Of a stretch of DNA of 64,000 nt, positions 26,168-37,245 are shown piece by piece. The notes beneath the pieces are model-generated. The model saw only the letters and a list, made by a program, of their open reading frames with translations, was not told the origin of the DNA and ran no database searches. This DNA comes from Felis catus (taxonomy: Eukaryota): contig NC_058368.1 of NCBI RefSeq assembly GCF_018350175.1, positions 11,098,001 to 11,162,000 of the forward strand, written 5' to 3'. Every line of letters starts with the position of its first letter. Position 1 is the stretch's first letter. A program made the position numbers and the translations under genes.

Positions 26168-27224
26168 GCGAGGCTTTGGAGCGTGTCGGACCAACAACCT
26201 ACATGGAAATCCGTCAGTGGAGAGAATGGCAAAACGTTGCAGGTGGAAGTGGTCACGTGAGGCCAGTTTGTTCCTGTGCAGAATTTTATGGCTCAGTGCA
26301 TTTCTATGTGAAAGATGACAGTGCAGTCAAGGAGTAGGTTCAGAAAGACGCAATTTCTCCCTTAACATTCTGTCTCTATTTTAGCATGTGGTCCAGACCC
26401 TCTTTCCCATCATTCGGCAGCGTGTGCTCGGTTAGTGAGGCTGAGTGAGGGCCCCCTGCCCAGGGGGACCTCCAGGCACTCCAGGCAGACCACTTCCCAG
26501 TCAGGTCATTTCCTCTCTGCTGCCGCGTGTCTTCACCTTGTACTTAGCATATAAATTGGTTGTCAGCCCTGTCCCAGCACGGTGACCTGAACGCACGCGT
26601 GGGTGAGAGCACATCCTTTTCAAGTACAGCGATGTTTCTCGGGCTTCCTGCTGTGGCTCGCTGTAGATGGTGGCGGGAGCCGCAGGGAGGAAGTTCACGG
26701 GAGACAGCTGCCCGCCCAGGAGTCGGGGGCCGAGCCAGCAGTGGCGCCCTCGCTGCGGAGAAGGTCGTCAGGGAGTTGATGGGTGACAGTCCTGCTTACT
26801 GACAGTGCCTGCTGGAGCCGCCTGCAGAGAAGAGGCTGGAATCTGACTGCTGGGGCAGATTTCCCGCATTGAGGCAGACGGCAGGACTCACCGTCGAAGC
26901 TTTGCCCGCTGGGGTGTGCGGCCCAGGACTTAACGAGTGGGGGGCCCCTGCCGTCCTTGGAAACTGGAAGGTTGGGAATTGCTTAATGATACTCAGCACG
27001 GATGCCACCCACGGCTCCTTAGCGGCTGCTGGGGGCTCGCGTGATGGAAGTGCGTGTTGTGGGGCCAGAACCCCAAGGCTGACAGCTTCCACCCCTGCAC
27101 AAGCACCTGAGCAGTGGAGAGAACTGAGCCGCCCAAGGCCTCCTCTCTCCGTGGATGGAGAGAAAACAACTCGCGTGCCATGCCACATGCTCCGCGAAGG
27201 GGATTTGTTGATGGCCAGTTAAAG

Positions 27225-27430
27225 TGCATGCTTAGTGTTTACTAATGCGCCAGACGCTGCTACTGGCCCTCTACGCGACTTGCATCACGTAATCCTTGGA
27301 ATTAGTTTTTGAAAGCGCTCCTCTTACTGTATAGACAATGAGTCCAAAGTGATGAAGCCACTTGCCCAAGGCCATACGGCTAATGAGTGGTGAAGTTTCT
27401 ACCAAACCCAGGCTCTGTTCCCTGCTGCGC
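27225..27430 (-). mobile_element. MIR
   Basis: ACTTGCCCAAGGCCATACGGCTAATGAGTGG...AAACCCAGGC. Confidence 0.6.
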
Positions 27431-27470
27431 CCCACAGAGATGGAATGTGGAATGCTCTGGTGGGAAGCTC

Positions 27471-27498
27471 TTTTTGTTTTTTAATGTTTATTTGTTTA

Positions 27499-27529
<31 letters not shown>

Positions 27530-27744
27530 TGTGAGCATGTGAGCGGTGGAGGGGCAGGGGTGGGGGGGAGAGACAGAGAGAGACAGAGAGGGAGGGAGGG
27601 AGGGAGGGAGAGGAAATCCCAACCAGGCTCTGCGCCATCAGGGCACGGCCCGACGGGGGCTAGAACCCATGAACTGTAAGATCATGACCTGAGCTGAGAA
27701 CCAGGAGTCTGGACACCTAACCAACCGAGCCACGGAGGCACCCC
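27471..27744 (-). mobile_element. CAN-SINE (diverged)
   Basis: T-rich tail, GA tract, GATCATGACCTGAGC and reverse-complement head. Confidence 0.9.
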
Positions 27745-28235
27745 GTGAGATCCTTATGAAAACTTGAACGATAATGCAAACACTTACGAGGGTTCTCCGT
27801 ACATGAATTCATTCAATCCTCCGAAAAGCCCTAAATGAGGTCCTCTTGTTGTCAGTGAAGGAAGGCAAGCCGGGGAGAGGCTCAGTATCTTGACCAAACG
27901 CCTGCACATAGAAAGTAGCACAACTGGGAACAGAAGTGAAGTAGCCTGCTTCTGTTACTCTAAAACAGAAACTGTGTTGCCACTGAAACACAAAGATGAC
28001 ACCCAGTTTATAGATGTTGGAACCAAATGATGGAACTTATTAACACTGTGGAAGGCACCGTAATTGGTACAACACGGAAACGAGTCTAAGAAAGATAAAG
28101 TCTCTTTCCTTTTCCCGGGGGCTTGCAGCCCGAGATAGATGGCTTGGATGCAGCCAGTTATAAACTCAGATGACTCTGGGAACTCAGAAGGCAGTGTGAC
28201 GAGAGACAAAAAGGGGCTCTGGGTTCTGCCCTGCC

Positions 28236-28453
28236 TTTTTTTTTTTTTTAACGTTTATTTATTTTTGAGACAGAGAGGGAAAGAACATGAATAGGGGATG
28301 GGCAGAGAGAGAGAGGAGACACAGAATCCGAAACAGGCTCCAGGCTCTGAGCTGTCAGCACAGAGCCCGACGCGGGGCTCGAACTCACGGACCGCGAGAT
28401 CATGACCTGAGCTGAAGTCGGACGCTTAACCGACTGAGCCACCCAGGCGCCCC
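28236..28453 (-). mobile_element. CAN-SINE (young feliform type)
   Basis: Near-consensus with intact CpGs. TSD GCCCTGCCTTTT. Confidence 0.96.
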
Positions 28454-28951
28454 AGCCCTGCCTTTTAAAGAGAGGATGATGCCACACAACACCTCACAGC
28501 CTCTCCTCTTCTCACTGCATTTGTTACCTGTGTCTGTAATAGTATCTCCGTGTTCAGAGATACTACTGGTTGGTTACACCACTTCCTGCAGGAAAGGAAA
28601 GTCTCAGGAAATGTTGACGGTCATGAGGGTGCAGGCTCAAACTGTAAATGAAGCAAATAATGAGGAATTGGGAAAATAACGCTAATCTTGGTTCCACTGG
28701 TGTTTTAAAATCTTAATATTCTGGTTTGGCAAATTAGTTGGCATCGGGAGGGAAGTGCCTTAGGCCCAGGGATCCATGAATAACAATGCAGAGAGGCAGA
28801 CAGGACCTTGACAAGACTGATCAGAGGCACTGGACCAGAGGGCAGTGAAATGAAGGATGTGAAATAAATTTGGATGGACAATAGGAGTAAGTTCCTTAGA
28901 GGCCTTTAACAAAGAAAGTAAGAAATCATTATTAAGTAAGAAAGTTAATTT

Positions 28952-29112
28952 GGGGCGTCTGGTTGGCTCAGTCGGTTGAGTGTCTGACTTTGGCTCAGGT
29001 CATGATCTCGCGGTCCGTGAGTTCGAGCCCCGCGTCAGGCTCTGTGCTGACAGCTCAGAGCCTGGAGCCTGTTTCAGATTCTGTGTCTCCCTCTCTCTTT
29101 CTCTCTGCTCTG

Positions 29113-29171
<59 letters not shown>

Positions 29172-29193
29172 CTCAGAAATAAATAAACATTAA
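28952..29193 (+). mobile_element. CAN-SINE (feliform type)
   Basis: Head, body and expanded CT tract. TSD AAGAAARTTAATTT. Confidence 0.95.
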
Positions 29194-29385
29194 AGAAAAT
29201 TAATTTAATATGATAAAGATTCTCTGCAACCCTGACTCTGGGGTTTATGTTTTTGTTTAGGAGAGTCCCATACTTCGTGAAATCCCATAATGAACAGATT
29301 ATGGTGAGGTTTGATTGTAGTCTTAACTTAAGATGACCAGACGCATGACTTGTCCTGAAAGGTATTCATCTCAGGGAAGAGAGAT

Positions 29386-29750
29386 TTTTGTTTCCTGCTG
29401 ATGCTACAGCAAAGAAACCCACCAACTTCGTGGCCCCAAACAACACAAATTTATTTTCGTACAGTTCTCTAGATCCAACGTGGATCTCACTGAGCTAGGA
29501 TCGAGGATATCGTTCCTTTCTGGAAACTCTAGGGGAGAATCTGTTTCCCTGCCCCCTCCACCCCCTAGGTGCTGCTAGCTGTCCTTGGCTTATGGCTCCT
29601 TCCTCCCTCTTCAAAGCCAACCTAAGTCCTTCTTATGCTATCATCTCTTGTTCTCTCATTTGCAGTCACGTCTTCTCTTTCCTTTGTCTTTTGAGATCTG
29701 GATTCTGAGAGTCTTGAGATTATGCCATTCGCTTCCAAGTTCATGTTACC
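29386..29750 (-). mobile_element. Degraded MLT1-type MaLR LTR
   Basis: AAACAACACAAATTTATTTTCGTACAGTTCT and TTCTGGAAACTCTAGGGGAGAATCTGTTTCCCTGCC. Confidence 0.75.
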
Positions 29751-31189
29751 AGTGGTGTGGCTGCACTTGTGCCAGAGAGCTGTAAGTGAGGATTTAGTGA
29801 TACAGATGAAGCGGCAGAGTTGCCAGCCAGTAGCCAGGCTATGGAAGCCTAGGCACATGTGAACAATGTAGAAAGAAGGAGAAAGTGGTTGGAGCACCAA
29901 AAGTATGCCCTGGTGAATCTGAATTTTCTATGTTAGCAAAAAACCGTGCTTGTCAAATAAATGAAGTGTAAATGCTTCAAGAAAACAGGCATTGTATCAT
30001 CCAGAGGAAGAAATTCATAATGAAAATGACAAAGAGGTTGAATAGATATTTATTAACTAGATAGTTTTGGTACAATAGTATTGCAAAGACTTTTCAGAAA
30101 CATAGGAATTCCATTTGACTTATAGAAGTTCTAATTCCCGAATTTATTTCCCATCTCTCTATTGCACGCCACAATTCTGTGAGAATATAAAAAACTGACC
30201 TGTGTCAAACAGAAACATGATTCTAGCAGCAAAACGGGTTTCCATAAAAATCAAGCAAAGTGCACCAAAAAAAAAAAAAGAGGTAGGCATATTTTATTAC
30301 ATTTATTTTTGTTCATTTCCTCATTTTGTCCTGACTTATTTTAAAACCCTGGTCACATGGGGCCAGGATTTATATTTATTGTTAAATAAACATATCCATT
30401 AGACTTGGATCCATATAAGGAAAGTAATGCTAATCTTGTTTCCAGTAGCATTTTAAAATGTTAATATTCTGGATTGGTTTAGTGGCCTCAGAGTGTTTTT
30501 TTTCAGGCTGCTGAAAATATATTGCCAGCTCTTCGCTTTTTTTCACTTTCTGTCTCCCATCAAGGTTGAAAGAGTGCCTTTCCTTGTAGGACATTATTCT
30601 TAACCCTCCTCTGTTGTTTAACTCCTTCCTTGCCTTTATGCCTCAACCAGATGTTAATCTCATACTTCCTCAAGTAAGAACTCCTTGAGGCTCAACGGAT
30701 GGAGAAATGAAGCAGAATTTCACCCTTGCGGTAAATTATTGGCCTAATTTTTATACCACGTCTCTTTTAAAACTCCATGACTGCCTTTGATATCTCAGCA
30801 AGCAATCTCAAAGGCCCATAGATCTATGCTTTTCGATACAAAGTATTGCCGACGCCTGTAGTCTTGCACATTTCCTTTATTTCCACCTCCGTCATCAAGT
30901 GCTGTAATGTTAAAAATCTGCAGAAAGATGACTGCGGTGTGGTTGGTAGTTGAAGAATGCACGTGTGCTGTGAACCTCCAAGACCTGAAACCAACTGTTT
31001 GAGCTGTAATTATTACCAACAGGTTTGAACTCATGTGCCAGTCTGCCGTGATTAAAGTCCCATGCTAAGAAATCAGAGTCTGTGATCAATTAATAATGTC
31101 CAGATAGTACAGAATTTGGGAGTAAAAATATATATGCCACATATTGCCCATCCTTGCTGAATCTAGATAAAGTCAATATAGTGTTTCTC

Positions 31190-31281
31190 CCTTCCTTCCT
31201 TCCTTCCTTCCTTCCTTCCTTCCTTCCTTCCTTCCTTCCTTCCTCCCTCCCTTCCTTCCCTCCTTCCTTCCTTCCTTCCTT
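31190..31281. repeat. (TTCC)n tetranucleotide repeat
   Basis: Read directly from the sequence. Confidence 0.96.
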
Positions 31282-31294
31282 TGGCAGAATGTCC

Positions 31295-31510
31295 TAGCAG
31301 AGTAAACTTGGGCTTTGGAATCATATCTATCTGGATCCAAATCTCACTGTACCTTTATCTAGTTGTATGACCTTGGGAAAGATAGTTAACACTTCTGCAG
31401 TCTATGAAATAGGTATAAAAATGCCTGCATTACATGGTGGCTGGAATAATTTATCAGGATAATACGTGCGAGCACCTGAGTCCTAGTAGAGTCTTCATAA
31501 ACGATAGTTC
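31295..31510 (+). mobile_element. MIR
   Basis: GGGCTTTGGAATCA...GTATGACCTTGGGAAAGATAGTTAAC. Confidence 0.65.
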
Positions 31511-31599
31511 TCATGGCTATTTCATAGTTCCTGTTTTATCTTCATTTACCTACCTACTGTTCTTCCAGAACAAAGTTTTCATCAGGCCGTGTGCCTCTA

Positions 31600-32016
31600 G
31601 AGATGGAGGTTCCAAGCTAAGCCAGTGCCATTATATTCCTCCCAAGCCACAGTCATTGATTCAGGGATAAGTTCATGACTCAAATCAGCTGCAACCGAGT
31701 CCTTCCTTGGGGAATTTGTGAACTTAAGCGGGGTGGGGGGGAGACACCTCTCCTCTCTGTTGCCCTCTGCTCCCAGAGCTGCGGGGCCTTCTCCATGTGC
31801 CTGTCTGCACTAGAGAGAATAAAGCCGTCTTGCAGAATCTGAATGTCTGGTTCCTGTGACCAGGGTTACTGGAGCAGGCCTGGCTCCTCTCTGCCCAAAG
31901 CTTGGGTGTTTTTTCATTTTGTCCTGTGATTAACTCAGCTCTATCCCCCTCCCGCTCCATTCCTGACAGCTCTTTAACTTAAAACTAGGTCCAGACTCAA
32001 ATCAGTTCTGACTAAT
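31600..32016 (+). mobile_element. Old MaLR LTR fragment (MLT1J/K-like)
   Basis: GCCACAGTCATTGATTCAGGGATAAGTTCATGACTCAA motif and terminal-like TTCTGACTAATA. Highly diverged. Confidence 0.45.
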
Positions 32017-33479
32017 ATGTAATTATTATGCCTATTTTTAAGAAGTTTGATTTCTGTAGATCTATCACTTAATTGTATCACTGCTTCTCTCTTGACATGT
32101 TTCCTGTTTTCTCAGTACAAGGAAGCCTCAAAATCCAAATGAAGTGGTCTTCAAAGGCTTTGCTTTTAAGCATAAATATTTACTGATGATTACATATTGG
32201 CAAAATTTGTTCCTTGCAGGGACATAAGCAGGTAAAATTTATTTCCTAAAATAGGCATTACTGAGTGGCCTGTTAGAAGAAGTTGATACCATATGGTGCA
32301 AATAAAACCACAGTAATTATTCTAGAACCACCCCACAGGCTGTGCTGTGACCATGCACCGGTCACACGCAGAGGGGATCTGGGAGCCACGGGGGACCTCA
32401 GCCAAATGCATCCTCCTGGAGGAAACTGGACACAAAAGGCACATCATTCTGAGCCCACAGTATTTGATCTGTCACCTCACCCCTCCCACTTTTGAGTCTA
32501 AGCATGGCTGATCTTCCGGAAATGTTTGCTCAATTGGTCTGAACCACCAATAAAGAGAAGATAGCCCCTTCAGTGAATGCATCTTTCCCCTGAATCTCAC
32601 CCAACAATCATCCCTCCCTATCTTCAGGCTTTTTCTGTCCCGAATCACCTTCCTTTCCACACTCAAAAATGTCCCTCTCAGCTCTTTTAAGAAATTTCAC
32701 TTAACCCTGGTTTTCATTCCAAATTAAGGAAAATGATTTTTCCGTAAGTTATGTAGAAAAATGAGGTTCATTGCTTTCAACTTGTTACTCTTTCACACAC
32801 ACACACAAATGACCCTTGCCCTTAAGAAATTCCATTTATTATTTTAGAAACGCATGCCCATGAAATGGTTGGAAAGTCACACATGCACAGACTCTCATAA
32901 TTAAGAGCACTGAAGAAGAGGTAGCCAAGAAGAGTCATTTTTATTTTTCACATTTCCTCCTCACAGCACGAAGCATGAATAGAACGAACATTTGCTCTCA
33001 TTTGCACTTTAACTACATGCCTGTGTAATCCTTAAAGTCCGTTACTTAAAGTCCTTAAAGTCAGCTTTTTGCTGATTTTTAGTTGTGTCATCTTGGCTGT
33101 TTTTCACGTCTTCTTCTTTATCAACGCTTCAGGAACCAAATTTGCATTATGTGTTTCTAATTGTCTCTTGGCTCCTCGATGTACATTAAATACTTCGTTG
33201 ATACTTGATCACTGAATAGGGAATAACAGAGAAAGTAACGTCTTTCAGACACTGATAGTCTAGTGGGAAACACAGGATAAACTCAAAGAGGTCTATAATT
33301 TTCCAAAGAGCATTCACATGAATAATTTAACAAGCCTCCACTTTAAAGCAGAACTAGACTACATTAGGCGGTGTGACTGGAATTGCTGTGCCCCAGAGCA
33401 TGTGGAGGAAGAGAATTGTGGTACTGGCCCGGTACTCACGTAGATTGTTCTGGTCAGCCATATGCTGTGGTTAATACAG

Positions 33480-33620
33480 GATCTCAGAATGTTAGAGCTG
33501 TAAGCTTCTTTAATCCAAGCCCTGCATTTTGCAGATGAGAAAACTGAGGTACAGAGACCTTCCCAGGATCACATAGTTAACTACCAGAGAGCCGTGCCTC
33601 ATGTTCTCCAACTCCTGATT
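33480..33620 (-). mobile_element. MIR
   Basis: CATTTTGCAGATGAGAAAACTGAGGTACAGAGA core. Confidence 0.7.
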
Positions 33621-33691
33621 GCTAGTTTTCCGAACAAGCAGGGTAAAATGAAATAAATCCATCAGGAATTTTTTTACAGAGTTCATCTTCG

Positions 33692-33898
33692 TTTTTGTTT
33701 TTTTTTTTTTTAATTAAATGTTAGTTGAGAAAGAGGGTGCAAGGAGGGGGGGCAGAGAGAGAGAGGGAGAGCGAGAATCCCAAGCAGGCTCCGTGCTGTT
33801 AGGGCAGAGCCCAAGCTCCGTCTCACAAAACGCAAGATCACGACCTGAGCTAAAATTAAGAGTTGGATGCCTAACCGACTGAGCCACCCAGGGGCCCC
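33692..33898 (-). mobile_element. CAN-SINE (older type)
   Basis: Poly-T, GAGAATCCCAAGCAGGCTCC and reverse-complement head. Confidence 0.92.
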
Positions 33899-34559
33899 GG
33901 AAGTATTACTATTTTTGTCGTTGGGATCTTGTCTTCCTTCAAGGCCTCTGTTAGAAATATCAGTTATGTGGAATTTCTAGTGTTAGAGAATACCATTAGA
34001 GGAAACGCAGGATACACCCGATTTTATTCCATACTTCCTTACCCACTGATGTGACTTGAAAGCATCATAGAAAGTTAAAGGCTGCTTTTAGAGTAAGCTT
34101 TCCCAAGAAGTGTGATTAAAAAAAAAAAAAAAAATGGCTCCCTATCCACAGCCACGAAGAATAACTTCGGAAAATGTTCTAATTAATGTCTTCGCCAGGC
34201 GTCCCATTTTTAAAATTATTTCCTACAAGAAGAGCTCTATTAAGTAACTTTTACTTTTCCATCTCCAACTGAATTTTCATCTCTTTCTAATGTTCCTGCT
34301 CAAATTTGGTGGCTCTGTGTGAATATCAATTATGGTAAAAGGAGATTTTGGTCCCGTCTCTCACCGCTGAAAAAGGGGGTATAGATGTCATAGCTGCTGT
34401 TGGCAGAGGACTAGACTGGGCGCCTGGGAATATAGCTGCAGGGTGGAGATTTCAGTGGTCACACAAACAGTAACAGCTCGGGACCGGACTCTCTCTCAGA
34501 GCCAAGTACCTTGGGAAGCCTGCATGTCTTCTTGTCTTTCATTCCGTGCCTAAATACTT

Positions 34560-34815
34560 TTCAAGTTTCAAGTTGACGTGACAGTTTCAAGTGTACATGA
34601 TTCCATGTATGTACATGTAGTGATATGATCACTGTGATAAATTTAGTTAACATCCATCATTGCATACAGTTACCACGATTTTTTTTCTTGTAATGAGAAC
34701 CTTTCCGGTTTGCTCTCTTAGCACCTTCCAAACACACAATCCAATTTTGCTCCCCAGGACTAATTTTATCACTGGAAGTGTGTGCTTTTTGACCCCCTTC
34801 ACCCATTTCATCCTG
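34560..34815 (-). mobile_element. Antisense L1 3' UTR fragment, same family as 2321-2645
   Basis: Resembles the reverse complement of the 2321-2645 element (TTAGTTAACATCCATCA, CTTGTAATGAGAAC, TTTTATCACTGGAAGT, TTTGACCCCCTTCACCCATTTC). Confidence 0.75.
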
Positions 34816-34974
34816 CATATCTCCTTGTGATCAGAGGACAGAAAGACAGCTACCGATAGCAACTCAATTTAGGGGCTCCACAAATGGAAATTTCCCGGGC
34901 TTCAAATGTGGAGATTGTCCAATACTTGAAGACAATCTCTAAGTAAAAATAGAAAAAGTAATAATTTGGGGCTG

Positions 34975-35195
34975 GGGGCGCCTGGGTGGCTCAGTCGGTT
35001 GAGTGTCCGACTTCAGCTCAGGTCATGATCTCGCAGTTTGTGGGTTCGGGCCCCCGCGTCGGGCTCTGGGCTGACAACAGCTCAGAGCCTGGAGCCTGCT
35101 TCCGATTCTGTGTCTCCCTCTCTCCCTACCCCTCCTCTGCTTGCACTCTCTCTATGTCTCTCAAAAACAAGTGAACATTAAAAAACTCATAAGAA
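34975..35195 (+). mobile_element. CAN-SINE (feliform type)
   Basis: GGGGCGCCTGGGTGGCTCAGTCGGTTGAG head, body, CT tract and A-rich tail. Confidence 0.94.
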
Positions 35196-35699
35196 AAGAA
35201 TTTTGGGGTGGGACACACAGGACCCTTTTCCATCACTGCAGTTCGCTTACAAGTCTACAGAAAGCTGACACTGTTTTTCTATAGTAAAATGGGGACAATG
35301 TATCATTTGAATCATTGAAACCCAGAAATAATCACCAAAGTTTATTTTAGCCAATGATTTCAAAGTTCTTTTCAGAAAAATGTTTTCTACCAAGGGCAGA
35401 TGTTAATTGATTTTAATTCTACCTCTTGTTCTGCATTGAATACCCTTGGTTTCGCATGAAGTATGATAAGGTAGGGAGGAACGAGAAAGGCAATGGATAT
35501 TGCTGAAGCCAGTTTTCAATGTATTCAACGTGTGTTCATAAGGGTGGAAACATTTAGGGACCTGTTTAGGTCATTTAGTTACAGAAATAAGAAAAGATAC
35601 GAGCTACAAATAGTGAAAAGATGCTTCATATAATTTGGAGAGATATTAAGTTTATAAAGTACTGTAGGATATTCACAGTGTTGGACTCAAACTTCAGTT

Positions 35700-37245
35700 G
35701 CTTTGTTTTGGTGCAGACACCCTTCTCCATTTGACCTAGTGATGTTGCCTAACACCCTGGTCACTATTCTCTCCACATCTTACTGAGACACCTGGTGGTA
35801 GCTAACTATGTTGACCTACTCCCTTTTTTTCGCTTGCTCTCTGGACACCATACTCTCCTGATTTTCTCATACTTCACTGGCTGCTGTTTTTCCATCTTCT
35901 TTCCTGGCTCTCCCTCCCTCGCTCAACCACTAATGTAGACTGCCCCAAGACGCTGGGTCTCGAGCACCCTGTTCCTTTCTATCTACGCTCTCTGAGGTCA
36001 TCTCCAATCCCATGTACTGGTAATACCGAAACTATGTATGTCTCTGGTCTTCACATCTCCCCAAAAGATTTAACTCCTATTCTCAGTGCCTTCATTAGGT
36101 AGTCTGGGAGGCACTGCAGACTTAATATGGCTAAAATAAAAATTGATTTTCTATCATATACTTGTTCCTCCCCCTCTTTTCCCTTCTCAGTAGAAAACAC
36201 CACCGTCCAACATCAAGACAAATATTCTAGGGCTTGTCTTTGATCATTTTCTTACCTTCACCTTCCACATTCAGTCTGTACTGTCGCCCTTGCCTCTAAA
36301 GCAGACCCAAACCATCCATTCCTTCTCATTTTCATCAACACCCTATCCAAACCACCAGTGTCTCTGACCCTCACCTCTTACGCCTATCTCCCAACTGTCT
36401 CCCCACTCCCACTCATGTCTCCCTTCAACAGCCACGGTGAACTTTTAAAATCATGAATAATAGGGGCGCCTGGGTGGCTCAGTCAGTTAAGTGTCTGACT
36501 TCGGCCCAGGTCATGGTCTCGCTGCTTGTGAGTTTGAGCCCCGTATCAGGCTCTATGCTGACAGCTCGGGGCCTGCAGCCTGCTTCAGATTCTGTCTCCA
36601 TCTCTCTGCCCCTCTCCAGCTCGTGCTCTGTCTCTTTCTCTCTCGAATATAAATAAACATTAAAACAAATTTTTAATCATGAATAATATTTATGACACCT
36701 TCCTTCCCACAGTTGTAATCCCCAATGGCATCCCATCTGGCCTGCAATGAAACCCAGGCTGTGCCCTGGTTTACCAAGCCCCCACCCCATCTGGGCTGTG
36801 CCTGGTTCTCCAACATCATTTTATAGCTCTCTTCCTTCTTTTATATCCCAACTTTGCCGGCTTACTTTTTATTTCTCTAACACTGTAGATATGTGCCTAC
36901 CATAGAGCCTTTGCAGATGCTGTTTCTGGGCAGAAAGCTCTTACCTCCGAGTGGCTGGATCCTTCTTAACATTCATATCTCAGCCTAATTCACCTCCCAG
37001 GATAGCCATCTAAAGTCACTGTCACATTCCTCTCCTTCAGTTCTCTCCTATGTATTCGTTACCCTTTCACATCTTCTTTATTAAATTTTACTCTTTAATT
37101 TGTGTGTGGGCACACACACAACTGTACCATAAGGTCTGAGAGCAGGAGCCTTGGTGGTCTTATTCACCACAGTAACTTCCGTGCTTGGAACAGTGCACAT
37201 AATAGGTGCCCAAAAAACATATTCCAAACAAATGAATGAACGAAT
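35700..37245 (+). mobile_element. L2 3' portion, interrupted by a SINE
   Basis: CT-rich L2 motifs (CACCATACTCTCCTGATTTTCTC, AGCCTTTGCAGATGCTGTTTC, TATTCACCACAGTAACTTCCGTGCTTGGAACAGTG) ending in AAATGAATGAA. Confidence 0.75.
36463..36674 (+). mobile_element. CAN-SINE inserted into an L2
   Basis: Full SINE. TSD AATCATGAATAATA. Confidence 0.95.

Noticed and set aside
25804..26337. Overlapping 115-155 aa ORFs
   Set aside because: They lie mostly inside an MLT1 LTR.
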